From Octopus bimaculoides (Eukaryota), in assembly GCF_001194135.2 (NCBI RefSeq), contig NC_068983.1, positions 56,203,098 through 56,267,097 of the forward strand: 64,000 bases of DNA, written 5' to 3'. How positions within the stretch are numbered: position 1 is the stretch's first letter; each line of letters starts with the position of its first letter. The position numbers and the translations under genes are program-made. Below, piece after piece: positions 1 through 12,997 of this stretch. The notes under the pieces were generated by a model. The model saw nothing but the letters and a program-made list of their open reading frames with translations. It did not search any database and was not told the DNA's origin.

Positions 1-280
1 TCGATGTAATTGACTTAATCCCTTTGTCTGTCCTTGTTTGCTCCCTCTATGTTTAGTCCCTTGTGGGCAATAAAGAAATAAGAAACGTTAGCATGCCGGG
101 CGAAGTGCTTAGCAGTATTTCGTCTGTCTTTACATTCTGAGTTCAAATTCTTCCAAGGTCGACTTTGCCTTTAATCCTTTCGAGGTCGATAAATTAAGTA
201 CCAGTTGCGTACTAGGGTCGATCAATCGACTGTCCCTATCCCCCAAAACTTCGGGCCTTGTGCCTAGAGCAGAAGAGACA
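1..280 (+). mobile_element. SINE family B, dimeric form (5' part cut by window edge)
   Basis: Linker TAATCCCTTTGTCTGTCCTTGTTTG...AATAAAGAAATAAGAAACGTTAGC followed by GAGTTCAAATTC B-box and GTCGACTTTGCCTTT..TCGAGGTCGATAAATTAAGTACCAG; same junction as the 2123-2560 copy. Confidence 0.85.
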
Positions 281-504
281 TTTTGGTATAAGGCGAGATG
301 TTTTAGAAGGAGGTGGTTAATCAATCACGTCGACTCATACTATTTGATCAGTATTTTATTTCATCAATCCTGAATAGATAAGATTAAGATGACTCAAGTG
401 GGAATTGATCCCAGAACGTTAAGAAAGGCATCAAAGAAAACAGAACATAGATTTTTTTATCGAAATTAAAGTTTCTGCCAAAACACCGCCATCGTTAGTA
501 ACAA

Positions 505-728
505 TAATAATCCTTCTTACGTTAGCCACAAAACCTGGGAATTTTGTGGGAAGATGGTAAGTGACTACAGCGACTCAAGGGCTCAACTGGCACTTAATTT
601 ATCGACCCTGAAAAGATGAAAGGCAAAGTCGATCTTGGCAGCATTTCATTTCAGAATGTAAAGTCAGGAAGAATGCTGCTAAGCACTTTGTCCGGTGTGA
701 TAACAGTTCTGCCTGTTCTCCGCCTTGA
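505..728 (-). mobile_element. SINE family B, diverged monomer
   Basis: Reverse complement of the CTTTGCCTTTCATC..GGGTCGATAAATTAAGT core plus head. Confidence 0.75.
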
Positions 729-1169
729 TTAGCAACAGTAATAATAACGATTTGTAACATAGCTACATGATCACAGTCTCTATGGGCGGAATATAAACGA
801 TTATATTATATTAATTAATAATTTCACTGATATTTAGTTAACGATTTATGAAAGATGACAACCGAAGATAACCGTGGCAGGCTCTGATTGCAGAAACTGA
901 AAGCACGTTATGTCATCGCTTATTTTGCTTCATTATCAACGAAACTAACATCACATCACACATCACACATTTTGTTTTTCTGGAACCCGAAGACTCATAA
1001 AGGCATCTAAGTGGTTTCCATGGCGTATAAGCGACCGAGATTACAGCATATCCCTGAACGGGACGCTGGTGTGTTGCAGGGATCAAGATTAGCAATTTTG
1101 AAGGAAGAGGGAAGAGGCAAACCTCTTGATCGCTACTTTATTTTGTCAACTTCAAAGGGCATGAAACAC

Positions 1170-1700
1170 TAGCGTAGCTAGAGTGTGGGCCACCTGGGGC
1201 GGCCTTTCCGTTTGCCGTTCCCGGACCCCACAAAAATCACATAATACTCTTTACTCTTTTACTTGTTTCAGTCATTTGACTGCGGCCATGCAGGAGCACT
1301 GCCTTTAGTCGAGCAAATCGACCCTGGGACTTATTCTTTGTAAGCCTAGTACTTATTCTATCGGTCTCTTTTGCCGAACTACTAAGTTACGGGGACATAA
1401 ACACACCAGCATCGGTTGTCAAGCAATGCTAGGGGGACAAACACACACACACACACACACACATATGTATACATATATACGACGGGCTTCTTTCAATTTC
1501 CGTCAACCAGTTCCACTTACAAGGCTTTGGTCGGCCCGAAGCTATAGTAGAAGATACTTGCACAAGGTGCCACGCATTGGGACTGAACCCGGAACCATGT
1601 GGTTCGTAAGCAAGCTACTTACCACACAGTCACTCCTGCGCCTATTGCCTACAGCAGACCCAAAAGTGACGCCTGGGGCGGACCGCCCCTACCTACGCTA
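1170..1700. mobile_element. Small MITE-like element (TAGCGTAG(C/G)TAG termini) interrupted by a SINE-A copy
   Basis: TAGCGTAGCTAG at 1170 and CTACCTACGCTA ending at 1700 are inverted; CCTGGGGCGG occurs inside both ends; no clear TSD. Confidence 0.45.
1245..1645 (-). mobile_element. SINE family A (tRNA-derived head, CORE-like segment, internal microsatellite)
   Basis: Full-length match to the 17040-17451 copy; tail (TACTCTTT)n on + strand. Confidence 0.9.
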
Positions 1701-1928
1701 ATAGGATCAAAGGCAAAGTTGATATCAACAGGATTTGAACATAGAAAGTACAGAGGTGGAAGGAATGCTGCTAACAAATTTTGTCCGACGCATTAACGAT
1801 TCTGCCATCGAACAGCCAGTGCTATGCATCTACTAGAAAATAATGGTTTCATTCTTAGCACAAGACAAGTAATTTCAGGGGAGGAGGGCAGTCGATTACA
1901 TCGACCCCATGTGCACAACCGGTAATTA

Positions 1929-2105
1929 CCATATTTTAACGTGTATAATGAATCCCTTTTGTCAAAAATTAGGTTTAAAATATATGAGTTTCTTATACGT
2001 GGATAGTACTATAATCCCTTACAAAACCTTCTTTCCAAATTTTAAGCCTCCAAAATTAGGGGGTTCCTCATACACGAGGGTTCTTTATACACGTTAAAAA
2101 TACAG
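1929..2105. mobile_element. Tc1/pogo-type MITE
   Basis: Inverted ends TA-CCATATTTTAACGTGTATAA and TTATACACGTTAAAAATACAG-TA; TA duplication. Confidence 0.75.
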
Positions 2106-2122
2106 TAAATTATCAACATCGA

Positions 2123-2560
2123 CAGGAGGCGAGCTGGCAGAAACGTTAGCACGCTGAGCCAAAATGCTTAACGGTATTTCGTCTGTCTTCACGTTCTGAG
2201 TTCAAATTCCACCGAGGTCGACTTTGCCTTTCATCGTTTTGAGGTCGATAAATTAAGTACCAGATACGCACTGGGGTCGATGTAATCGACTTAATCCCTT
2301 TGTCTGTCCTTGTTTGTCCCCTCTATGTTTAGCCCCTTGTGGGCAGTAAAGAGATAAGAAACGTTAGCACGCCGAGCGAAATGCTTAACAGTATTTCGTC
2401 TGTCTTCGTGTTCTGAGTTCAAACTCCGTCGAGGTCGACTTTGCCTTTCATCCTTTCGGAGATCGATAAATTAAGTACCAGTTGCGTACTGGGGGTCGAT
2501 CTAATCGACTAACCCCCACCTCCCAAAATTTCGGGCCTTGTTCCTAGAGTAGAAAAGAAT
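2123..2560 (+). mobile_element. SINE family B dimer (Deu/Nin-like central domain)
   Basis: Two tandem heads and cores; 13-bp TSD TTATCAACATCGA at 2110-2122 and 2561-2573; core GCCTTTCATCCTTTCGGAGATCGATAAATTAAGTACCAG resembles the Deu/Nin SINE domain as recalled. Confidence 0.88.
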
Positions 2561-3039
2561 TTATCAACATCGAATGGATGAAAGGCAAAGTCGACCTCGG
2601 CTGAATATGAAACCAGAACGTAAAAACGGACGAAATAACGCTAAGCATTATGTCCGGCGCGGTAACGATTCTGCTAGCTCACAGCATTTGCTATGCTTCT
2701 CCTAGTGATAATGTTTTCTTTCATTGGCAAAATGACCTGAACAGTTCAACAGACTCCAATGCTTCAATCATACTTAAGCAGTCGACCTCAATTACTTATT
2801 GTGTGTTCACCATAGCCTTCAAAAGGACACTAACGGTTTCGTGACGCGAATGTTTATATTTATGGTTATTGCAAATTGCGTAGATTATATACAATCTATT
2901 AATTCTGATTTATATACAATCGATTTCTAAATTTTAGGACAGTTGATTCAAAATATCAATAAATCATTGCATTATTTTTTGGTAGTATTTCTTTTATTTC
3001 TATCGTTGAAAAATATTGAAATTTCGATGTGTGTGTTCG

Positions 3040-3247
3040 TGTGTCTGCGTAGACACGCAGACACGTGCATACATACACGCACACACACACATACACACAC
3101 AAATACAACCATATATGTATATATGTTCATATGTATATATTTACATATATATATGTGTGTGTGTGTGCGTATATATATATATATATACATACATATATAA
3201 GTATGTATAGTTGTATGTATGTATATCTCTATATCTATGTTTATGAC

Positions 3248-3278
<31 letters not shown>

Positions 3279-3330
3279 TATGCATACACAGGCATACACA
3301 CACGGACATATATATATATATATATATTAA
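3040..3330. repeat. Compound (CA)n/(TA)n/(TG)n microsatellite
   Basis: Directly visible. Confidence 0.95.
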
Positions 3331-3485
3331 CGTTTGATTTTATGTCAAGTTATATAAAAACTTAACATTAACTGAAGGATTGCTCAATATTTTCAGCAGA
3401 ATACATGTTTGATAAATGTTGAAGTCATAGTAACTTCGAAGTTTAATAAACTTTACACACCCCCACGCACATGCACATAGATATA

Positions 3486-3717
3486 CAGGGTTGGCCCAAA
3501 GTCACCCGACAGTAAATCAAAATTCCATTTATACTATCTGTAATACTGTATTGACTCGAATGGGAAAATGTGTCGCTCAAGAAGGACTTCAGTTAGAACA
3601 ATTTTCATGATGTTTCATATTTAGATGCTTTCATTAAATTCATTCAGTTGTTAAACATAAATGAATCTTGGAATTAAATTGTTTTGATTTACTGTCAGGT
3701 GATTTTGGCCAACCCTG
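3486..3717. mobile_element. Tc1/mariner-type MITE
   Basis: ~37-bp TIRs CAGGGTTGGCCCAAAGTCACCCGACAGTAAATCAAAA and TTTTGATTTACTGTCAGGTGATTTTGGCCAACCCTG flanked by TA. Confidence 0.9.
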
Positions 3718-5019
3718 TATATATATNNNNNNNNNNNNNNNNNNNNNNNNNNNNNNNNNNNNNNNNNNNNNNNNNNNNNNNNNNNNNNNNNNNNNNNNNN
3801 NNNNNNNNNNNNNNNNNNNNNNNNNNNNNNNNNNNNNNNNNNNNNNNNNNNNNNNNNNNNNNNNNNNNNNNNNNNNNNNNNNNNNNNNNNNNNNNNNNNN
3901 NNNNNNNNNNNNNNNNNNNNNNNNNNNNNNNNNNNNNNNNNNTATATATAGATTAGTAGAGTTAGCGGTTAGTTGGAATAACCGTCTAAGGGATAAGAGT
4001 AATAAGAGCATCTGTTTTACTACCGGTGTAAATTACCTATGTTAACCCTGAGCATACATATGCAAGCATATTATGCTCATAGGATACAGGCAATAACAAA
4101 AATAGACAAAAATAAGCAAACATTTGATTCCTGATAAACTTTTGTTTATATATTTATATATAGTTGAAATTTATAGAAGAACAAAAGACGGAAACAGGTG
4201 TATGAACAACAAGCAGGTGTATTAGTTTGACGCTCGGGCAAATGAAAAAGTCTTTTACGTTTCAAGTCTACGCTCTTCAATAGAGAGGATTAAGAGAAAA
4301 TAAACTGAGACAGAATGAAAAAAAGAAAACTTGTAGATTTAGCAGTTAAGCATATATCACAGATGCGTGCGTCTGTGTGTCTTTGTGGGAACAGGGCTTT
4401 TGAAGATGGTTGCATAAATATTTATTAAACTAACGTTAGAGAAGTTTGCAAAATGCTCTTGGAATTGTCGATGTCAGCAAGCAATTACTGGTACTGGGGA
4501 ATATCAGCAGATCAACGTATATACAGAAGAGAAATGAAGTTAATAAGTGATTGGCTCACCAATGGAATCACCACTACATACATCACTGCATCCTTGCTCT
4601 CGTTTGTCCATGAAACGTGAGCAATTTTTGTAATTGGTGTCTTATTAGCCTTCATTACTGCCTTCAGATGCTCTCGTATACTAGTGAAATATCTAAGATA
4701 TAATATTTTTTATAACCTTGCAAATGGGGATGATCTCAAATCCACTTTCATTTATTATACTAAGCTCCAAATAAGATTAACACTCACTGAAGAGACTTGA
4801 TAAGACCGGAGCATGTACAGACTTGTCACCATACTTATCAAAGATCAAATTCATTCTCTACTGCATTAGTATGCCCTCATTTCAATTTTTGTTCAATTTG
4901 TATTTCAAAGCCTTCTCGTTTCTCTGGACAAAGAATTTTCATTGAAACTAATAAATTTTTTCTTCATTATTGGAAGTCCATTTTAATTGATTAACTATTT
5001 CGAGAGCTCATTGATTTAA

Positions 5020-5800
5020 GTATATTAGCCCCTCGCTTCGCTACGCATTTCAATGTTTTCAGAGACGCCATTGCCTTCTTAAGTGTATCTAATACTCTCA
5101 GATTTCGTGGTTGGTGAGTGGTTGCAACTTTTTGCTTTAGATATGTAATCCTACTAGCTTGAGTAACCTGGCTAGTAGATGAGTCGAATCACCAGATAGA
5201 ATTGCTCTCCAGGTCGTATACAGCTCGAACTGTTATCAGTCTTAATAGAAGCACAGGAAAACCAGAGTAAAATTACTTTTCTTTAAAATATTTCTGTTTT
5301 GTAGGTTCATGCATTCTCGTTTTCTTTCTCAGCTCAGTAAAAACATTTTGAATAATGGCTTAACCTTTAGAAGAAGACTACATTAAAAAGGATTAACAAT
5401 ATTTATATTGTTTATAATACGTCAATACTGAGTTGTTACTAACAGTTTAAACCAATCAATGAATTCGATATACTGTAATTACATTTCTAATTCCAGTTTC
5501 CCTTGGTTCTGATTATATTCCTGGCTTCGTTGCCTCAATGGCGATATTCAAATTAGTAGGGAATACTGAAACAAGCAATTCGTGTTAAATTCAAGCCGAC
5601 AACATTTCTCTCCAATACCTCGTTGTCGCCTCTATACTCCATTTTGTTCTTCAACGTGAATGTATAATGTAAACGTATATTAAATAAAAACAACTTCGGC
5701 GACACGAATCTGCTGTTTGTACGAGCACTGACATCTTTTAGTTCCCGAAACACAAAATACTTCAAACAATGAAGATCTGTTCATCGAACACACATATAAA
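5020..5800 (-). mobile_element. Possible eroded Helitron 3' end
   Basis: Minus-strand remnants IEATT... and IPY*FEYRH...IIRTKG resemble the PIF1 helicase C-terminus; GCGTAGCGAAGCGAGGGGC near 5050 resembles a Helitron terminal motif. Confidence 0.3.
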
Positions 5801-5973
5801 AGATTTTCGGTATTTTCCCTCTTTATAAGATAATTGCCCGATAAAATATGAGGAGTGCCTTGGCAGCTTGTTATTGTAAGGGAGATAATCACTTCTAGAT
5901 CTGTCATGGCGTAGAAGTTTGAGTTTTAAATCGAAGAGGAACACAGAAAACGCACACAATTTATGTATTTGTA

Positions 5974-6150
5974 GACGCAAGCGTGGCTGTATGGTAAGAA
6001 GCTTGCTTCCAAACCACACAGTTCCAAATTTCAGTACCGCTGCAAGGCACTTCGGGCAGCTGAAACTGTCTTGCACTATTACCGTGGATCAACTAAAGCC
6101 TTGCGAGTGGATTTGATAACCGGAAACTGAAGGAAGTCCATCACACATAC
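5974..6150 (+). mobile_element. SINE-A 5' half, running into a (TA)n tract and gap
   Basis: GGCTGTATGGTAAGAAGCTTGCTT...GAGTGGATTTGATAACCGGAAACTGAAGGAAG. Confidence 0.8.
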
Positions 6151-6854
6151 ACATAAACACACATATATGTATCGCGTACATATATATATATATATATATA
6201 TATANNNNNNNNNNNNNNNNNNNNNNNNNNNNNNNNNNNNNNNNNNNNNNNNNNNNNNNNNNNNNNNNNNNNNNNNNNNNNNNNNNNNNNNNNNNNNNNN
6301 NNNNNNNNNNNNNNNNNNNNNNNNNNNNNNNNNNNNNNNNNNNNNNNNNNNNNNNNNNNNNNNNNNNNNNNNNNNNNNNNNNNNNNNNNNNNNNNNNNNN
6401 NNNNNNNNNNNNNNNNNNNNNNNNNNNNNNNNNNNNNNNNNNNNNNNNNNNNNNNNNNNNNNNNNNNNNNNNNNNNNNNNNNNNNNNNNNNNNNNNNNNN
6501 NNNNNNNNNNNNNNNNNNNNNNNNNNNNNNNNNNNNNNNNNNNNNNNNNNNNNNNNNNNNNNNNNNNNNNNNNNNNNNNNNNNNNNNNNNNNNNNNNNNN
6601 NNNNNNNNNNNNNNNNNNNNNNNNNTATATATATATATATATATATATGTAGGTATGTATGTATGTATATGTATATATATATATATGTGGATTATATCGA
6701 ATGAAATCGTCTTTTGGTGATTGTACTGAGGAAAGTTTTACAGAATTTGCAAGGGTAACATACACTCGAACTGATTTACGTAATTTTCTCTAAACATATT
6801 TAAGCAAAAAGGTAAAAGTAACCTCTGGACATAACTGTTTCGAGTTCCAGAACT

Positions 6855-7060
6855 CCTAGGCCTGGCCACCCGGTTTCGATAGCATGTAAGTGACACCGAG
6901 ATCACAACATTCCCTTGGATGGTACGTCAGTCAATAACAGCTGAGAGGATTGAAGAAGCGTGAAGTGAAGTGTTTCACTCAAAAGGACAACATTTCACTC
7001 GGCCCAGAAATGGAAACCTCGATTTTACGTATAACACTCCTAACCACTACGCCACGTTCC
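6855..7060 (-). mobile_element. SINE family D-like, diverged
   Basis: Similar to 44131-44361 (GTGAAGTGAAGTGTTTCACTCAA...CCTAACCACTACGCCAC). Confidence 0.6.
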
Positions 7061-7819
7061 TTCATCCCAAGCTTATTGGGAAAACGTTAGTCTAGTACGA
7101 GGTAATAATGATAGGCTTATTTAGCTAAACAGTATCTCAGGTGACAACGATTGTGTATTGTAACTGTTTTATTGTATCTATTCACACCGATTATGAGAGT
7201 CTTAAAGTAGCCGTAAGTAACAGGGCATTGGGCAACCTGCTAAAATGCTGGAGTTCGATACTAATGCAGTGTTTCGTTGTGTATTTGAACTGTTCATTGA
7301 GTTACGAGCGCCCATCATTATACTAAGGTGAATGGGAATAAGGATCTTCACAACTGGGAATTTTATCTTGGATGGATATATCCTACGCATATCCATCAGC
7401 TTAACATCCAAAAACTGGAGCTAAGTACCTCAGGGCTGTGGAGAGTTGAACGTTTTTATCTCTATTATCAAATTGGTGGACTGGGCCAACGAGAATGGTT
7501 GGGATGAAGGGATGAAAGCAAAACCTGTCCAATAAATCTAAAAGGAAAATCTAGCCAACTAACACGGCTTTATAGCAGAACTAACTGAAGCAATAATAAT
7601 CTAACGGAAAATATAAAATCTGCCAAAATAAACAAGCAAAAACAGAATTCTCATAGCAACGTTTCTTCCAAATGGCCATAAAATGAATTCCATTTGCTAG
7701 AAATCACTCTGCTAATATTCAAAATACGTGTTGTGTGGCTTTAAAATTGCATGCAGAAATATGCATTTTCTAATTCCCTCCTGCAAAGCAAGGCGGAACT
7801 GATTGTAAAATGTGCCGAT

Positions 7820-7915
7820 TATGATGATGATGATGATGACGACGACTATAATAATGATAATGACGATGATGATGATGATAATGTCAATGATGATGATGCT
7901 GTTGTTGGTGGTGGG
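7820..7915. repeat. (GAT)n/(AAT)n microsatellite
   Basis: Directly visible; source of poly-D and poly-I ORFs. Confidence 0.95.
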
Positions 7916-8363
7916 GGTTGTAAAGATGTAGCCATGTAGATTCAACTGAATGCATTATCGATTTGTGTAAACAGTTGCGTGTCGAACAGTGTTCAAAGTG
8001 AGCTTTGGTGATGTATAGTCTTAGTTGTATAATCGAAATGTTCTCACTCGTTTGTAATATAGGGAAAAATTGCATTTGTGTTTCCAAACGCAATATCTAT
8101 GAGAGTTTGTTGTTGAAAAGGGTGGGAGGAGGAGGTTTACGTTTGTAAATAAAGTAGCGGCATCTAATGATGCTAGAATACGTAGCTATTACAATTATTT
8201 CTTCATTGAAACGGGTAATTAAAATGCATGATAAAATGCATTTACGAATTACATGCAGGGATTCATCGACGAAAAAGCAATAGAGAAGATAACGAACGAA
8301 ACATATTGGCACGCACACGCAAAAGAGTCAAACAAAGATACTTTGTATCTCATTCTTTTTCGC

Positions 8364-8399
<36 letters not shown>

Positions 8400-9324
8400 N
8401 NNNNNNNNNNNNNNNNNNNNNNNNNNNNNNNNNNNNNNNNNNNNNNNNNNNNNNNNNNNNNNNNNNNNNNNNNNNNNNNNNNNNNNNNNNNNNNNNNNNN
8501 NNNNNNNNNNNNNNNNNNNNNNNNNNNNNNNNNNNNNNNNNNNNNNNNNNNNNNNNNNNNNNNNNNNNNNNNNNNNNNNNNNNNNNNNNNNNNNNNNNNN
8601 NNNNNNNNNNNNNNNNNNNNNNNNNNNNNNNNNNNNNNNNNNNNNNNNNNNNNNNNNNNNNNNNNNNNNNNNNNNNNNNNNNNNNNNNNNNNNNNNNNNN
8701 NNNNNNNNNNNNNNNNNNNNNNNNNNNNNNNNNNNNNNNNNNNNNNNNNNNNNNNNNNNNNNNNNNNNNNNNNNNNNNNNNNNNNNNNNNNNNNNNNNNN
8801 NNNNNNNNNNNNNNNNNNNNNNNNNNNNNNNNNNNNNNNNNNNNNNNNNNNNNNNNNNNNNNNNNNNNNNNNNNNNNNNNNNNNNNNNNNNNNNNNNNNN
8901 NNNNNNNNNNNNNNNNNNNNNNNNNNNNNNNNNNNNNNNNNNNNNNNNNNNNNNNNNNNNNNNNNNNNNNNNNNNNNNNNNNNNNNNNNNNNNNNNNNNN
9001 NNNNNNNNNNNNNNNNNNNNNNNNNNNNNNNNNNNNNNNNNNNNNNNNNNNNNNNNNNNNNNNNNNNNNNNNNNNNNNNNNNNNNNNNNNNNNNNNNNNN
9101 NNNNNNNNNNNNNNNNNNNNNNNNNNNNNNNNNNNNNNNNNNNNNNNNNNNNNNNNNNNNNNNNNNNNNNNNNNNNNNNNNNNNNNNNNNNNNNNNNNNN
9201 NNNNNNNNNNNNNNNNNNNNNNNNNNNNNNNNNNNNNNNNNNNNNNNNNNNNNNNNNNNNNNNNNNNNNNNNNNNNNNNNNNNNNNNNNNNNNNNNNNNN
9301 NNNNNNNNNNNNNNNNNNNNNNNN

Positions 9325-9557
9325 TGATCATTTTCAAGTACTGGGGGTGGTTTGTGTTCCCACCAGTTTTTATCATGGGGCAAGTCCAGGTTTTTGCATA
9401 TTACCCAGTGAATATATTGTGCAGCTCTATCATGCCTGTTGAGATACTCTGTAGGCGCAAGCAGACTGCACATGGAGACAACATGATCGATGGTCTCATT
9501 TTGTTGTTGGCATATACGACATAATGGGGAGCTGCCGTTCTTTAATATGTTGGCCTG

Positions 9558-9560
<3 letters not shown>
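9325..9560 (-). mobile_element. R4/Dong-type LINE fragment (zinc knuckle region)
   Basis: Open frame YQANILKNGSSPLCRICQQQNETIDHVVSMCSLLAPTEYLNRHDRAAQYIHW (CCHC knuckle plus RHD motif); starts at a (TAA)n tract and runs into a gap. Confidence 0.9.
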
Positions 9561-9608
<48 letters not shown>

Positions 9609-9609
<1 letters not shown>

Positions 9610-10322
9610 ATAGTTGTTCAATATTTGGTAGATTGAAGCCAATTTCTTACTGCATCACCTGCTACACTTCCGTGTTGCTAGGGTATGTACAGTATTGTGT
9701 GTTCTTTTCTGCTGTTGGGAGAGTGCGAACTCTTTCCAGTACTGTATTGTGTTAATTTTTTTTCTCCTCCCGACGTATGGTGCAATCTTTTGTTGTGTTA
9801 TTGCTTATACTGTGGGTTGAGTGTATAATGCTTTGGGTTTTTTTTGGCTTACTGGTGGGAGTTTATTTCACTGGGTAAATGCTGTATAGTATGTGTCTTA
9901 TATTTGTGAGTTGTTTTGTTTACGTTGTATTATTAGATTGATAGTATCTTGCGTAGGATGTGGGCTGTTCCTAACAGGGCTATATTTTGGACAGTGTGTA
10001 GTGTCGAGGATTTAAGTATAGCCTCTACATTTTTACCCATACGATTTTTTATCATGCCCAATGCTCCAATCATTATTGATATTGTTTTTACCTTCATGCC
10101 CCACATTTTGAATACTTCAATTTCGAGGTCTTTGTACTTCGATAATTTCTCCTCTTCTTTTTTGATAATATTTTGATCAGGCGGGACTGCAATGTCTATC
10201 AATAAGCAGGTGTTTTTTCCCCCAACCTTTGACTTTTATGTCTGAGCAATTAGTTTTTATTTCTTTGTCACATTGGTCATGAAGGGATTTTTCTCTCCAT
10301 TTCTTCTTGAGTATCTTCTGTA
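9609..10322 (-). mobile_element. R4/Dong-type LINE 3' end (restriction-like endonuclease plus 3' UTR)
   Basis: IDIAVPPDQNIIKKEEEKLSKYKDLEIEV..W...IMIGALG...LGTAHILRKILSI*; (TAA)n on both sides. Confidence 0.9.
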
Positions 10323-10348
10323 ATTCATTATTATTATTATTATTATTG

Positions 10349-10790
<442 letters not shown>

Positions 10791-11330
10791 AAAAGCCTCG
10801 CGAACATGCTTAGGCGTCTCTAGTTGTATGACAGGTATCGTCCAGATTTCGCTAATGTAACAACGTGAACCCGGACGAACAACTTCAGATCCTTAAAGTC
10901 GTACCTAGAGTTCTCGTTTGGCTAGCCGATGAGCTTAGCATAAGATGTCTACAAATTACAGGGACCAGAAATTCATGGCCGGCACGGTCAACTGAGACGA
11001 AACTTATAGACAGGGACCCGGTTACTGGGAAGCTGAACACGTCTTTCTCGGCACGGGGAGACAGAAGAGATGGAAACAGCAAATAGATTAAACGTAGTTT
11101 GACAGATGGTGGGTCTCGCTAAACGGAAGTATTAGAGTATCAACTATCATCTTTATCGGAGACATAGCACTAGAAAACTGAAGAGCAGAGGAGCAAATCT
11201 ATCAGTTAGAACTCAAGCTAGTTGCAAAAATATTCTTGCACTACATCTTCGACGCAAAATGCGTAATAGAGCAGATGCACTGGAAAAACGAAGGTAGCAA
11301 AACCATCAAAGTTATCCGATACATGTTGTT

Positions 11331-11707
11331 CGCACTCCGTCGCTTACGACGTCGAGAGTTACAGCTGGTCCAATGAACGGAATAGCCTGCTTGTGAAATT
11401 AACGTGCAAGTGGCTGAGCACTCCACAGACACGTGTACCCATAACGTAGTTCTCGGGGAGATTCAGCGTGACACAGTGTGACAAGGCTGACCCTTTGAAT
11501 TACAGGCACAACAGAAACAGGAAGAAAGAGTGAGATAAAGTTGTGGTGGAAGATCACAGCAAGGTTCGCCACCATCCCCTGCCGGAGCCTCGTGGAGCTT
11601 TAGGTGTTTTCGCTCAATAAACACTCACAACGCCCGGTCTGGGAATCGAAACCGCGATCCTATGACCGTGAGTCCGTTGCCCTAACCACTGGGCCATTGC
11701 GCCTCTT
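11331..11707 (-). mobile_element. SINE family C (tRNA-like head), full length
   Basis: Head GGCGCAATGGCCCAGTGGTTAGGGC...GGTTTCGATTCCC (A and B boxes); tail CGACGTCGTAAGCGACGGAGTGC. Confidence 0.92.
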
Positions 11708-12333
11708 CTACATAAAAAACGAGTAAAGTTACAAGACACGGAGGATGTGTTCTCCGTCTCCGACGTCAAGTAGTTGTCTGCAATTATTCTGCGGCACTTT
11801 ACTAAACTGTTCGTGAGAAATGACTAATGGTGGCTTTATCTTCAACCTCGAATGCGGGAAAGTGCTGCGAGAAATGGAATACAGAAGCTAGGACATTTTC
11901 AAAGGTTTTAATCAAAATCAACTAAATTGCAGTATCAAGGGATCTTTCTTATTGACATTTTATAGTTATATCTTGTTTTTCTATTAATTTAGCTTACATT
12001 TTAGTCGATCTATGTTGCGACAGGTTCTGTATTTCGTCCTTTATTGTCTCCAGTATTGAAGTCGGTTAGTTTGTGATCTTCACCGCAAATGTGGGGCACA
12101 TTGTCACTGTTAAATTTCGATCTTGAGATTGATTTCTAACATTGATATAAAAGAGAAATGATAAGAAAAGTCAACAGTGGCATTATTCAAACTGACATTA
12201 AGAAATTACTGAAATGTTTACTGGTTAATAAATCATGTTCGTCGCCAAAACGTCATCTATTATTTACCTGTTGCAAAGTCAACCGTGAGCGATTGTAAAT
12301 ACGCAGATACGTATATACACTACGTACACACAC

Positions 12334-12388
<55 letters not shown>

Positions 12389-12443
12389 CACACACGTACA
12401 TGTACATACGTTTCTATGCAAGTGTGTTTGTGCGTGTGTATGC

Positions 12444-12525
<82 letters not shown>

Positions 12526-12844
12526 ATACGTCAACTAAACTTGACTCAAGGTGTGAATAACGCCTGCATTGCTAGAAATAGTAGCTAAAATGCTCCAATA
12601 CTGTTACAAAGCACAAAACGTATTCTGATGGAGGCTGCAATCGCCCTGAACCGAGAACTCCTTAGACTCACCGTCTAATTTCGGCAATTTCGTAGCCACC
12701 TTCAGTAAGGCTAGCTCGTTCGGTTGATTCCGGGCTACCTCGCCTATCAGAGTATATATGTTCACCATAAAAATTTATGGATGATTCAGCAGATCGCTAA
12801 TGTATATATAAAAACATTAATAAATGTTTTACTATAAAGAGAAT

Positions 12845-12997
12845 TATAGTCGTCAGCGAAACTTGACCAATGGTGTGAGTAACACCTACGTTGCTAGAAA
12901 TAGGAGCTAATATTTTCCAGTGCTGCTATAAAGCACATTTATTTCTAGCAATATAGGTGTTATTCATACCCTTAGTCAAGTTTAGTTGACGACTATA
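12845..12997. mobile_element. Foldback MITE with ~58-bp arms
   Basis: TATAGTCGTCAGCGAAACTTGACCAATGGTGTGAGTAACACCTACGTTGCTAGAAATA is the imperfect inverse of 12940-12997; a third arm copy lies at 12524-12616. Confidence 0.75.

Larger units (their letters stand above)
1840..2680 (-). mobile_element. Old SINE-B monomer split by a MITE and a younger SINE-B dimer
   Basis: Pieces 1840-1928, 2106-2122 and 2574-2680 rejoin into one family-B copy. Confidence 0.7.

Noticed and set aside
4400-5000. hAT-like words (ILCPEK on minus, HHCIL on plus)
   Set aside because: The motifs fall on opposite strands and cannot both be right; too eroded to call
10800-11300. CpG-richer island with a frame (PDEQLQILK...CL...SW) vaguely like an RT N-terminus
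   Set aside because: Similarity too weak to support either an exon or a LINE call
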